From contig JANOJB010000060.1 of assembly GCA_031407985.1 (NCBI GenBank), forward strand, positions 5,713 to 69,712: DNA of 64,000 nucleotides, in the 5' to 3' direction. Shown one piece after another: positions 1 through 8,310 of the stretch (its first letter is position 1; each line of letters begins with the position of its first letter). The stretch is from Pseudomonadota bacterium (GTDB lineage Bacteria > Myxococcota_A > Polyangia > Fen-1088). The notes beneath the pieces were generated by a model that ran no database searches, was not told the DNA's origin, and saw only the letters and a program-made list of their open reading frames with translations. The position numbers and the translations under genes were made by a program.

Positions 1-166
1 GCCGGCACCCTGACAACGCGCCCGTTCCCCCAACGCAAAGGCCCAACGACATCGCGACACCCGTCGCGATGGCAAGATACGAGGTACGCGAAGCCGCCAT
101 CATGACCACCAGTCTAATCGCCGCGCCCGCGTTCGCCAGCGACGCCTGGCACGATCGGGGTCAATC

Positions 167-625
167 TCAGTTCACGGAAACCAGAGCCGATCCATCGCGG
201 CCACAGACCATCGCTACGGCGTCGTATCGTCGCGAGCAACTGGGGCATATCTTGCCGGGGTTCGCCGGGGGATTCACGGCCGAATCCCCGGGAGCCGCAG
301 CCGTCAGGTGCGTGTCCAGCGTCAGCACCCTGGCGTCGTACGGACAGAACCGCAGGCCGGGCGCGTACTGCCTACGACAGGTCGGGCACAACATGAAGGC
401 ACCCGGTGGTGGGGGTGGCGTCGCCCCCTTCACCGTAGGGGTCTCACCTGTGTGGTGGGCGATCGCCGGTTTATCCGGCGGTGGCGAACCCGGACTAGGA
501 CCTCCATGCGTCTGATCGGTTCCTCTGGCCCGTGGACCGCGCCACCGGGGTGCGACCAGAACCACCACCAAGGTCAACGCGAGGGCCGCAACCGCCATGA
601 ACAAGATGATTTGCTCGACCTGCAT
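167..625 (-). CDS. Membrane-anchored protein with two zinc-ribbon-like motifs
   Basis: N-terminal hydrophobic helix (IILFMAVAALALTLVVVLVAP) and a Pro-rich linker. Two CxxC...C motifs follow (CPTCRRQY..FCPYD and CPSCSRRY..VCGRDG). The opposite-strand ORF 69..515 has junk-like composition. Confidence 0.55.
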   Translation of the reverse strand: MQVEQIILFMAVAALALTLVVVLVAPRWRGPRARGTDQTHGGPSPGSPPPDKPAIAHHTGETPTVKGATPPPPPGAFMLCPTCRRQYAPGLRFCPYDARVLTLDTHLTAAAPGDSAVNPPANPGKICPSCSRRYDAVAMVCGRDGSALVSVN

Positions 626-657
626 CTGGTCAGTTCTCGCTTGGGTCTTCCTGGCAA

Positions 658-774
658 CCCTTCTTGGTAGCTCTTCTTGGTAGCTCTTCTTGCTAACTCT
701 TCTTGCTAACTCTTCTTGGTAACTCTTTTTGGTAACTCTTTTTGGTAACTCTTTTTGCTAACTCTTTTTGCGCT
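658..774. repeat. Tandem array of nine 13-bp units (ctcttcttggtag / ctcttcttgctaa / ctctttttggtaa variants)
   Basis: Read directly from the sequence. Units start at 658, 671, 684, 697, 710, 723, 736, 749 and 762. The array is AT-rich in a GC-rich background, and neighbouring units are often identical pairs. Confidence 0.95.
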
Positions 775-1381
775 TCCGCTTCGCTTCGTTGAACGGTACG
801 GATTTTGGCGCACCCAACTTCTGGACGGCCTGATCGACGGCCTGTTTCACCGCGTCCTTGATGGCGTCCCTGGTCATGGCCTCGGCCTCGGTGTCGAGGC
901 GGCTTTCCGGGACCTCTGCTTCCACGCTGGCTTCGCCGTCCCCGCCAAACGAAATCTTCTCCCCCGGAAGCGTCGTTCCCAGTACCGAAAGCTTCACGTT
1001 CACGGACAGACGTTTCAACCGGGAGCCGGGGTTGGGTTCCTTCACCTCTTTCTTGAGCTGGGTGATCTTCACGACGACGTCAAAACCAGCGAGATTTCGT
1101 TTCTTCAGCTCGCTCAGGACCATCTCACGGTTCTTCGCGCCTCCCAGGTCCGACGCCCATTCAGGACGCGAGGCCAGTTCTTCCCGAACCGCATCGCCGG
1201 TGAAGCTGCGAATATCGCCATTCAGCGGAAGCCGGGACTCAACCTCGTGTAATTCAAAATAGTACTTGGCTCCTGCCGCCAGCGCCGACGGCGCCGCCAG
1301 TACCAGCGAAAGCGTCGCGACCGACAAAAGTCCACGGAAGGTGAATTTCGCGATTCCGCTTCGGATTGACTGGTCTCCCAT
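758..1381 (-). CDS. Secreted hypothetical protein with signal peptide and Lys/Arg-rich tail
   Basis: Signal-peptide-like N-terminus (LLSVATLSLVLAAPSALAAG). No family recognised. The C-terminal KRKRKKS and the stop codon lie inside the 13-bp repeat array. Confidence 0.6.
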   Translation of the reverse strand: MGDQSIRSGIAKFTFRGLLSVATLSLVLAAPSALAAGAKYYFELHEVESRLPLNGDIRSFTGDAVREELASRPEWASDLGGAKNREMVLSELKKRNLAGFDVVVKITQLKKEVKEPNPGSRLKRLSVNVKLSVLGTTLPGEKISFGGDGEASVEAEVPESRLDTEAEAMTRDAIKDAVKQAVDQAVQKLGAPKSVPFNEAKRKRKKS

Positions 1382-1703
1382 GCCGGCGATTGTATACTGC
1401 CGCGCGTGCCGGTTCGAACCAGCGCCGTGGTTGCCATCGGTCTTGGATTGATGACATTGATTGGCGTGGGAACAATCTTCGGAGAATCGATCGTCGCGCT
1501 GGTTGCGCCTCCGCCGATCGAGACGGTGTCATCGGCCGCTGACAAGGGGACCGGCAAGGCCTCTCCTCCGGCCGCGACATCGGTGAGCACGACTGCCCCC
1601 GGGGTACCCCGCCGGGCAGATCGGGACGGCGGGAGCAACGCGGCCCCCGACGGCAGTTCTTGACCGGGATGCACAGCCTGACCTACCGTCTGACCGAGGT
1701 GCC

Positions 1704-3542
1704 ATGATCAAGCTCACGATCACAGAAAAAGGCGGGGAGCCCCGGGCTCTGACTTTTGTCCAGGATGAGGTGACAATCGGGCGGGTGCAGGGCAACGACA
1801 TCGTGCTGCCGAAAGGGAACATCTCGAAGCGGCACACCAAGTTGACGCTGTCGGATGGACGGATGACGGTCGCCGACGTCAAAAGCACGAACGGTACCTA
1901 CGTGAACGGGCGCAAGATCGGTGAACCCACCGCCGTGCGGGCGGGCGACAAGATCTTCGTAGGTGACTTCTTGATCGTCCTTGATCCCGGTGCCGCTGCC
2001 GCGGAAACCTCGGCGGTCAGCGGACGTCGCGGACCGCCGCCGCCGCCGCCACCCCCACCGCGTCCGGGATCGAGCGCGCGCCCCGCGCCAAGTCCCGACG
2101 TTGCCGAGCCAGACGAAGCCACCGGTGGATTTGGAGGACTGGGCGATAAGGCACCAAGCACGGGTCGGGGACGTCCCCCCACACCGCCACCTCCTCCCCC
2201 ACGACGAACCATCGTCACCACGTCGCTTCAGGACGACAGCGTCGACATCGGCATCGACGAGGCGCCTCCATCACCCGACGAGATCGGTCCCGATGCGTCG
2301 GCCGCCAGCCAGGATCCGCTGGCGGATCTTGCCGCCGACGTCGACGACGTGGGGTTGGGCAGCGACGTCTTCGGATCCCAGGCCGCCGATGACGAAGACG
2401 AAGGCGCGGGTGAGAGCACGAACTTCCCGCCGTCGTCGCCCAGTCGACTAAGCGGTCCCGCGCTCGCCGTCGCGGATGACACCGAGCGTCCGGAGCGCTC
2501 GGGCCGCTCGCAGTCCGCCTCGGCGGCTCAGTCACGGCCGGTGCTTTCTCCTGATGCCACGTCCGCAGGAGGCGTCACCCTGGAGGCGCTGCTCGCGGAT
2601 CCGACGGTCACCAGCATCTTGATTGCATCGGGTGGCGCCATGCACGTCGAGCGTGGCGGCAAATCGGAACCGGCCGGTCCGGTGGCGGATGCCAACGCAA
2701 TCGCAGAAACCGTCTGGCAGATCGCGAACACGGCGGTGCCTCCGCCCCCCTCCGACAACCCGGTGGTTGATGTTCGGTTGCTGGACGGAACCCGCGTCAC
2801 CGCGTTGTTCCCCCCCATCACGCCAGGGTCGGTCTGTGCGGCCATTCGAAAATCGACGGTGCCCGAGATTCCGCTCGCCGAAATCGCGGGCAGCGGCGAC
2901 GTCGAACGGATCCTGACCGCGGCGCTTGCAAGCCGTCGCAACCTGTTGCTGGGTGGCGAAACCGCCGCGGTCGCCGCGTTGGCGGGAGCGTTGGCGGGAG
3001 CGTTTCCCGCCGGACGACGAATCGTCAGCATCGGAGCGGGCGTCAAATCCCGTCCCGACTGGATTGAGCTTGGGCCTGGCAATGATCCGGCCGCCCTGGT
3101 TCGTGCCGCGGTCGCTTTTCGCGCCGATCACCTGTTGGTTGCGGATGCCGGTGGCGCCGAGTTGCCCGAACTGTTGCTGGCCGCAGCACGCGGACAAGAG
3201 GGTGTGATCGCGTCCATGGCGGCACGTTCGGCCACCGAGGCCCTTTCGCGCCTGCGTGCGTTCTCCGTCGGAGCGCTGGGAGCGTCGGCGTTCGCGTCGC
3301 TGGTGCACAGCACCATCGATTTGATTGTCATCGCGGGTACGACCGCCTCGGGCGGCGTTCGGATTCTGGAAATCGCAGAGCCCAACGCAGAGGGAGACAA
3401 CCTGGTCGCCGCGACCGTGGCCCGTCGGCCCGAGCGAAATCGCGCCGCCACGACTCTGGATGTGGCCGGTGTATCATCGCGGCTGGCCGCCGCCATCGCC
3501 GTCGCGGCGGACGGATTGCCCACGCACCTGGTCCGGCGCTGA
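1704..3542 (+). CDS. FHA domain protein fused to a degenerate CpaF/VirB11-like (T2SSE) ATPase domain
   Basis: N-terminal FHA signature (IGRVQGNDIVL..SKRHTKL..STNGTYVNG). A Pro/Asp-rich linker follows. The C-terminal half matches T2SSE blocks (LEALLADPTVTSILI..HVERGG, VDVRLLDGTRVTALFPP..IRK), but Walker A, Walker B and the His box are replaced. Confidence 0.85.
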   Translation: MIKLTITEKGGEPRALTFVQDEVTIGRVQGNDIVLPKGNISKRHTKLTLSDGRMTVADVKSTNGTYVNGRKIGEPTAVRAGDKIFVGDFLIVLDPGAAAAETSAVSGRRGPPPPPPPPPRPGSSARPAPSPDVAEPDEATGGFGGLGDKAPSTGRGRPPTPPPPPPRRTIVTTSLQDDSVDIGIDEAPPSPDEIGPDASAASQDPLADLAADVDDVGLGSDVFGSQAADDEDEGAGESTNFPPSSPSRLSGPALAVADDTERPERSGRSQSASAAQSRPVLSPDATSAGGVTLEALLADPTVTSILIASGGAMHVERGGKSEPAGPVADANAIAETVWQIANTAVPPPPSDNPVVDVRLLDGTRVTALFPPITPGSVCAAIRKSTVPEIPLAEIAGSGDVERILTAALASRRNLLLGGETAAVAALAGALAGAFPAGRRIVSIGAGVKSRPDWIELGPGNDPAALVRAAVAFRADHLLVADAGGAELPELLLAAARGQEGVIASMAARSATEALSRLRAFSVGALGASAFASLVHSTIDLIVIAGTTASGGVRILEIAEPNAEGDNLVAATVARRPERNRAATTLDVAGVSSRLAAAIAVAADGLPTHLVRR

Positions 3543-3580
3543 TCACGCGCTCCCTGTTCTTCGAGTACTTCCGCGAGGCG

Positions 3581-4654
3581 GTGGCGCGCCTGCCCGCCGG
3601 ACTGATTCGCCCCGGACCGGCTGCTGAACCAGCCGAAATCGCCCGGGTCGAGTCCACGCTGGGAGCCGCGCTGCCGACCTCATTCGTGTCGTTCCTGCGA
3701 TCGTTCGATGGTGCCGATCTGTTTCACGAGGCCGTGGTCATCGCGGGCGTCGGCGGCAGTGCCCCATTGGGCCTGATGGACATCAACACCGATCTCCCGG
3801 GGCCCGGCGAGATCATCTTCGCCGAGGTGCTGGGGGGCGATCGGTACGCGTTCGACGTCGCGGGGCGGGTGTTGCGTCTGCGCGCCGGCTCCGACGAACG
3901 GTGGATCGCGGGTGGCGACTATGCTCATTGGTTGGACGGAATCGTGGCGTACCAAAGGGTGCTGTACGGCCCAGACGGTGAATTCATGCCGGAGGCATTC
4001 GAGCCCGACGGTGGCGAGGTGTCCCCCCCCGTTGCGTTGAAGCAAGCCGACCGGGCCTTGCGACGTTGTGACGATTCGGCGGAATGGCACCACGAACGCG
4101 GCGTGGCCTTGCGCCGTCTGGGACGCATTTTGGATGCAAAGGAAGCGTTCGCGCATGCGGCGGCGGCGGATCCCGAAAACCCCTGGCCGCTGTTCGACCT
4201 GGGACGCGCGGCTCTGACCCTGGGCCCCGGTGGTGCCCGCGAGGCGGGCGCCGGGTTCGAAGCCGCAGCCAAATTGGATCGTGATGAATCCGCCGCGCGC
4301 ATGTGGATATGGGCAGCGCGGGCAGCGCTCCTGGAGGCCGCACCCGAACGCCTGGCCCTGTGCCGGCGGGAAGCCATCGCGCGCGATCCGGTGATTGGCG
4401 TGGCGCTACGCCGGGCGCGCGACGCCGCCCTGCTGGACGACGATCCGGACGAAGTTGAAGAGGCTCAGGCCCTCCTGGACGCCTTGGAAATCATTCCGCC
4501 ACCCGGGCGCACACGATTGCCCGTCGTGACTGAAAACGAGATCAGCGCGACGCCGGCAGCGCCAACTCACCGAACGCGACGACCTGACCAGCAGCATCCT
4601 GCCCGGTCAACACCGCGGCGATCCGCCGGGCCCCGGACGGGACGCCGACACTGA
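3581..4654 (+). CDS. SMI1/KNR4 (SUKH)-like domain protein with TPR-like C-terminal half
   Basis: The N-terminus IARVESTLGAALPTSFVSFLRSFDGADLF resembles the SMI1/KNR4 motif. The helical Ala/Arg-rich second half is TPR-like. GTG start at 3581. The tail overlaps the convergent gene by 113 nt. Confidence 0.65.
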   Translation: MARLPAGLIRPGPAAEPAEIARVESTLGAALPTSFVSFLRSFDGADLFHEAVVIAGVGGSAPLGLMDINTDLPGPGEIIFAEVLGGDRYAFDVAGRVLRLRAGSDERWIAGGDYAHWLDGIVAYQRVLYGPDGEFMPEAFEPDGGEVSPPVALKQADRALRRCDDSAEWHHERGVALRRLGRILDAKEAFAHAAAADPENPWPLFDLGRAALTLGPGGAREAGAGFEAAAKLDRDESAARMWIWAARAALLEAAPERLALCRREAIARDPVIGVALRRARDAALLDDDPDEVEEAQALLDALEIIPPPGRTRLPVVTENEISATPAAPTHRTRRPDQQHPARSTPRRSAGPRTGRRH

Positions 4655-6077
4655 CGGTGTCGGGGGCGCCAGCATCGGTCGCAAAAGATCCGATCGGGCG
4701 CCTCCGTCCATTTTCGTCATCGGCGAACAACCGCAACTGCCCGCCTGTAATTCGTCCCATCGGTGACGCGATCCTCGCACGGACTTGATCACCATCCTTC
4801 TCCAGCGCGATTTCGCCGCGCAGAAGGTGGTCAATCAGACCTGCGGAGTAACCCGCGATTTCGGGCAACAAAACCCGCGCGCTGTCCGCGTGAACACGCG
4901 CGTCCAGAAAGAATCGAACGCGCCCCGGGACGCGTTGGTATCCCAGAACCCGACGCGCGGGGCCACCCACCGCATCGGTAACGGTGACGTATCGACGCCG
5001 TCCCAATTCACGCAGTTCCAACCTTGGCACCGTCGGCAACCCGAAGGTCAATGACTTGCGTGCCTCGCGAACAACGTCGGCCGCCGAGGTGTCGTGATCG
5101 ACAACGCCGTCCTCGGGAATAGTCCCCTCCGAGAAAAAATGTCTCTGCGTGCGATCGGCCAGGCCCTGACCGTCGGCCGCGGTGAAGAATGCCCGCAGGT
5201 TGTCGCGGCGCACCACCTTCGACGGTGCCGGAATGCCACCCATCCCGTACAACTGGACCACGACACGCTCGTACGGCGACGCGCGGTCGAATGGACTTCC
5301 CGCGCTTCCCGCCAGATAAGCGGACCGAAAATCGTTCCGCACCTGCGCCGGATTTCCCGCGTCCTGCAGAATCGTCAAGACGCCTCCCAGCGCCATCAGC
5401 GCCCGCGCCAAGGCTGAAACGCGCTGTGCTGGGTCGGGATCGGCGATGGCACGTTCCAACTGACGATGAAAGACCGATAAACCGACATCGTTGCCCGGGG
5501 CCTCCAGCCAGCGCAGAGACGGATCACCCACGAAAGAAAACCCAGCCCCGGTGGCGACTCCCCGCAGGCTTCCGCCAGCGTCGGCCACCAGTCTTATCGC
5601 GTGCACAAAATCGTCGACGCCGGCAGCGTCCCGCAAACCCTGCCCCGTGCTGGGATCGAAGTACATGTGTTGAATCCGCTCGGGTGGGGTCTTGGCTATC
5701 ACCGATCCGGCGACGACAAACGCCAGTGCTGACGCGACCCCGTCGTCGCCAGGTCGGTAGCCGCCCGCCGGATCCAGGGCACCCAGGCGCGCGACCAGCA
5801 ATCGGCGTTCGTCGATGGCAATCAACCCGGGGTGCAGCGACAAGGGTGCGAAAATCCCCTGTGGTCGGGCCAACCTGCGCACCAGCGTTTGATGCAAGCC
5901 CGAGGCAACCACCGCCTGTTGAGTCAGTCCTGCGTGGGTTGTCGCGGGATCGTAGGCATGGACACTGGTCGTACCGAGGCAGATCCCCGCCAACGCCACA
6001 ACTGCTGCCGCCGTCCGCCGTCGCAAACGGACACCAGCACATGCGCGTACCTGCATCGCGCTTCCGTCGTTCCTCAC
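4542..6077 (-). CDS. Secreted hypothetical protein (possible zinc-dependent phospholipase C-like N-terminus, weak)
   Basis: Signal peptide (AAAVVALAGICLGTTSVHA) followed by YDPATTHAGLTQQAV. The start is either GTG at 6077 (GTGA overlap with the upstream gene) or ATG at 6056. The family call is from memory only. Confidence 0.6.
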   Translation of the reverse strand: MRNDGSAMQVRACAGVRLRRRTAAAVVALAGICLGTTSVHAYDPATTHAGLTQQAVVASGLHQTLVRRLARPQGIFAPLSLHPGLIAIDERRLLVARLGALDPAGGYRPGDDGVASALAFVVAGSVIAKTPPERIQHMYFDPSTGQGLRDAAGVDDFVHAIRLVADAGGSLRGVATGAGFSFVGDPSLRWLEAPGNDVGLSVFHRQLERAIADPDPAQRVSALARALMALGGVLTILQDAGNPAQVRNDFRSAYLAGSAGSPFDRASPYERVVVQLYGMGGIPAPSKVVRRDNLRAFFTAADGQGLADRTQRHFFSEGTIPEDGVVDHDTSAADVVREARKSLTFGLPTVPRLELRELGRRRYVTVTDAVGGPARRVLGYQRVPGRVRFFLDARVHADSARVLLPEIAGYSAGLIDHLLRGEIALEKDGDQVRARIASPMGRITGGQLRLFADDENGRRRPIGSFATDAGAPDTVSVGVPSGARRIAAVLTGQDAAGQVVAFGELALPASR

Positions 6078-7240
6078 GGCTCCTCCTGAACTTCGCCAGG
6101 CGCGGCCGGTTCGGGCACGGCGGGAAGTTGTGACGGTGGTAGGGCCAGGCTGGAAGCCTCAGGAAGCTCCGGAAGACGAGATTCGACCAACTTACCCAGC
6201 CTGACGATCTGGCTCGAATCCGTGCACTGGCCCGCGCCGCAGGTCAGCGAAACGACCACACCCCGCTCGCGGACCAGAAAAACCAGGCCCTGGATCTGGC
6301 CGGTCTGTGCCCGAAAAGATGCGTCACCAATCTCGTCGGTGATGTTGGCCTTGGGCAGGTCCTTCTGCAGTTTGCCGTACTGCACTTCGGCGGCGGCTGC
6401 GCCCAAACGCCAGACACGCAAACCGACGTCGTGGCTCTCCGTTCGGCCTTTCGCCTTGAAGTGCCTGCTGTCGTAGAACTCGGTCGTCGGCAAGTCGGCC
6501 AGTTTGCCGTCGTCGAAGGTCCCCACGTACCCGGTGACGCCGCGTATTTCGTCGTCCGTCAGCAATCCGGCGATGTTCAGCATCGCCACAGGCGCACCGG
6601 CGGTGGAACCCACTGTTCCGCTTCGTCCCGACGCCTCCCCGTCCAGATCCAAACCCGCTTGCTCTGCTTCCCAGGCGGCAGCCTCTCGAAGTCTCGCCCC
6701 GCCGCCCAAGAACATCAGATGCTGCCCGTGCGCAAACGTTGGCTGCCAGCGCTCCAGCCGCACCAGATTGCCGCGCTGACTGAAGTCACGTCGCGCCTGC
6801 CTCCCCGGAAAACGGCGGTCGCTTCTCCAGCCGACGTATCCGCGCCGGTAGACAATGATCGTGAATCGGCGTACCCGTGCCGACATCCCGGTTGGCAGTC
6901 GAGACAACCGCGCGATCGTGTACCGCCCGTCGGCCCCGGTTTGCGTGACCACCTCCTCGGCATCAAGGGGTCCCGCCGCCCCAATACCCCGCTCGAACGC
7001 CCAGGAGGCCGCGACGATGGCACCTGCGATAGGCCGCTCTGAATCGGCGTCCACGACTTTGCCGTCGTAGGGGCCCAACAAATCGGCGGGTCGCACGGAA
7101 TCGGGTCGGGACGGAAACGGGGCGCGGTCGATGATCGGACCACAGGCCGCCCCCGCGACTCCCCACAGCGCGAAAGCGACCACGAACGACAGCCCCGTCG
7201 AATTGACCGCGGCGGGTGAACTTGTTAATCGTCGACTCAA
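6074..7240 (-). CDS. Lipoprotein with carboxypeptidase-regulatory-like domain
   Basis: Lipobox-like signal (LSFVVAFALWGVAGAAC). A YDGKVVDADSERPIAGAIV...TGADGRYTI segment is typical of CarboxypepD_reg-like domains. I chose TTG at 7240; ATG at 7360 is an alternative. The track ORF extending to 7609 overlaps the divergent gene and looks spurious. Confidence 0.6.
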   Translation of the reverse strand: MSRRLTSSPAAVNSTGLSFVVAFALWGVAGAACGPIIDRAPFPSRPDSVRPADLLGPYDGKVVDADSERPIAGAIVAASWAFERGIGAAGPLDAEEVVTQTGADGRYTIARLSRLPTGMSARVRRFTIIVYRRGYVGWRSDRRFPGRQARRDFSQRGNLVRLERWQPTFAHGQHLMFLGGGARLREAAAWEAEQAGLDLDGEASGRSGTVGSTAGAPVAMLNIAGLLTDDEIRGVTGYVGTFDDGKLADLPTTEFYDSRHFKAKGRTESHDVGLRVWRLGAAAAEVQYGKLQKDLPKANITDEIGDASFRAQTGQIQGLVFLVRERGVVVSLTCGAGQCTDSSQIVRLGKLVESRLPELPEASSLALPPSQLPAVPEPAAPGEVQEEP

Positions 7241-7426
7241 GGCGGATTTAACACTGAGTGACAGGTCCGGGGAGGTGATTGGCAATTGGAAAGAGGCGGC
7301 AAGTGGGCGACGGATTACAACAATGCAAACGGCCGTGTTCCCGCCGGTCTGGATGCACATTGAGCGCTCGCCTGTTACCAGAGCTTCCGCCGCCACGCAA
7401 TCGTTCCCGGAGAGGAACCTAACGGG

Positions 7427-8263
7427 ATGGTCCGTTGTGGAAGCTGTCGGTTGGAGAATCAAGATGGCGCCGTCACGTGTCGTCGCTGTGGGACTCGGAT
7501 GGGGGCCATCCCGTTGTCCAGCGCCGCCATCGGGGCGGGCATGACGACGGTTGGACCGACGGCCCCCAAGGCAGCGCGGCCGCCTGCCCCGGCACGTCGC
7601 GGTCCCCAAGCGCCGGTAGCGATTCGCGGACGTCTAGTTTCTGTTTTGCCCGATGGGCGCGATGACACGGTCTACTGGCTGGAGGACGATCAGGTCGACA
7701 TCGGACGGAAGGACGGTGACATTCGGATCGACGATCCCCAACTTGCGCCCCGCCACGTGCGTTTGAATCTGACGCTGGGGGGGGCCATGTTGACTCCGCT
7801 TGACCATCGCAATGGCGTTTACCTGCGCCTGCGCGCGCCTGTCGAACTTGGCGATGGTGACCACATCCTTCTGGGCCGGCAGGTTTTGAGGTTCGAAATC
7901 GTTCCGGAGCACGAGCGCCTCGCGCGCCCCGCCGTCGAGGATGGCGTCGTATTTTTCGGAACACCGGCGCCTTCCGCCTGGGGTCGCCTGCGGCAAATCA
8001 CCTCGAGCGGTCTTGGCCGGGACCTGTACCACCTGTCGCGGACCGAAATGACCCTGGGCCGGGATCACGCCGATTTGGTGTTCGCCGACGACGAATTCCT
8101 GTCCCGGCGTCACGCGCAACTGGCTATTTCCAGGGGCAAACCCGTCTTAAAGGACCTTGGGAGCTCGAACGGCACCTATATCCGCCTTCGGGCGCCCCAG
8201 GTTCTGGTCCCCGGCGACATGATACGCATCGGCGACCAACTATTGCGATTCGAGCTCGGTTGA
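7427..8263 (+). CDS. Zinc-ribbon protein with two FHA domains
   Basis: N-terminal CGSCRLEN..CRRCG motif. Two FHA signatures are present (DIGRKDGDIRIDD..APRHVRL..NGVYL and LGRDHADLVFADDEFLSRRHAQL..SSNGTYI). Confidence 0.85.
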   Translation: MVRCGSCRLENQDGAVTCRRCGTRMGAIPLSSAAIGAGMTTVGPTAPKAARPPAPARRGPQAPVAIRGRLVSVLPDGRDDTVYWLEDDQVDIGRKDGDIRIDDPQLAPRHVRLNLTLGGAMLTPLDHRNGVYLRLRAPVELGDGDHILLGRQVLRFEIVPEHERLARPAVEDGVVFFGTPAPSAWGRLRQITSSGLGRDLYHLSRTEMTLGRDHADLVFADDEFLSRRHAQLAISRGKPVLKDLGSSNGTYIRLRAPQVLVPGDMIRIGDQLLRFELG

Positions 8264-8310
8264 GGCGAGACTAGAGGGCCACCGGTCGACGGCGCCACCC
8301 CACTTCATCG

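Noticed and set aside
69-515. 148-aa plus-strand ORF at the window start
   Set aside because: It has no motifs and Gly/Ala/Pro-rich junk-like sequence. The minus-strand ORF 167..625 has a TM helix and two zinc-ribbon motifs.
7241-7609. N-terminal extension of the CarboxypepD_reg lipoprotein ORF
   Set aside because: The extension would overlap the divergent ZnR-FHA gene start (7427) and places ~120 junk-like residues before the lipobox. ATG 7360 remains a possible alternative start.
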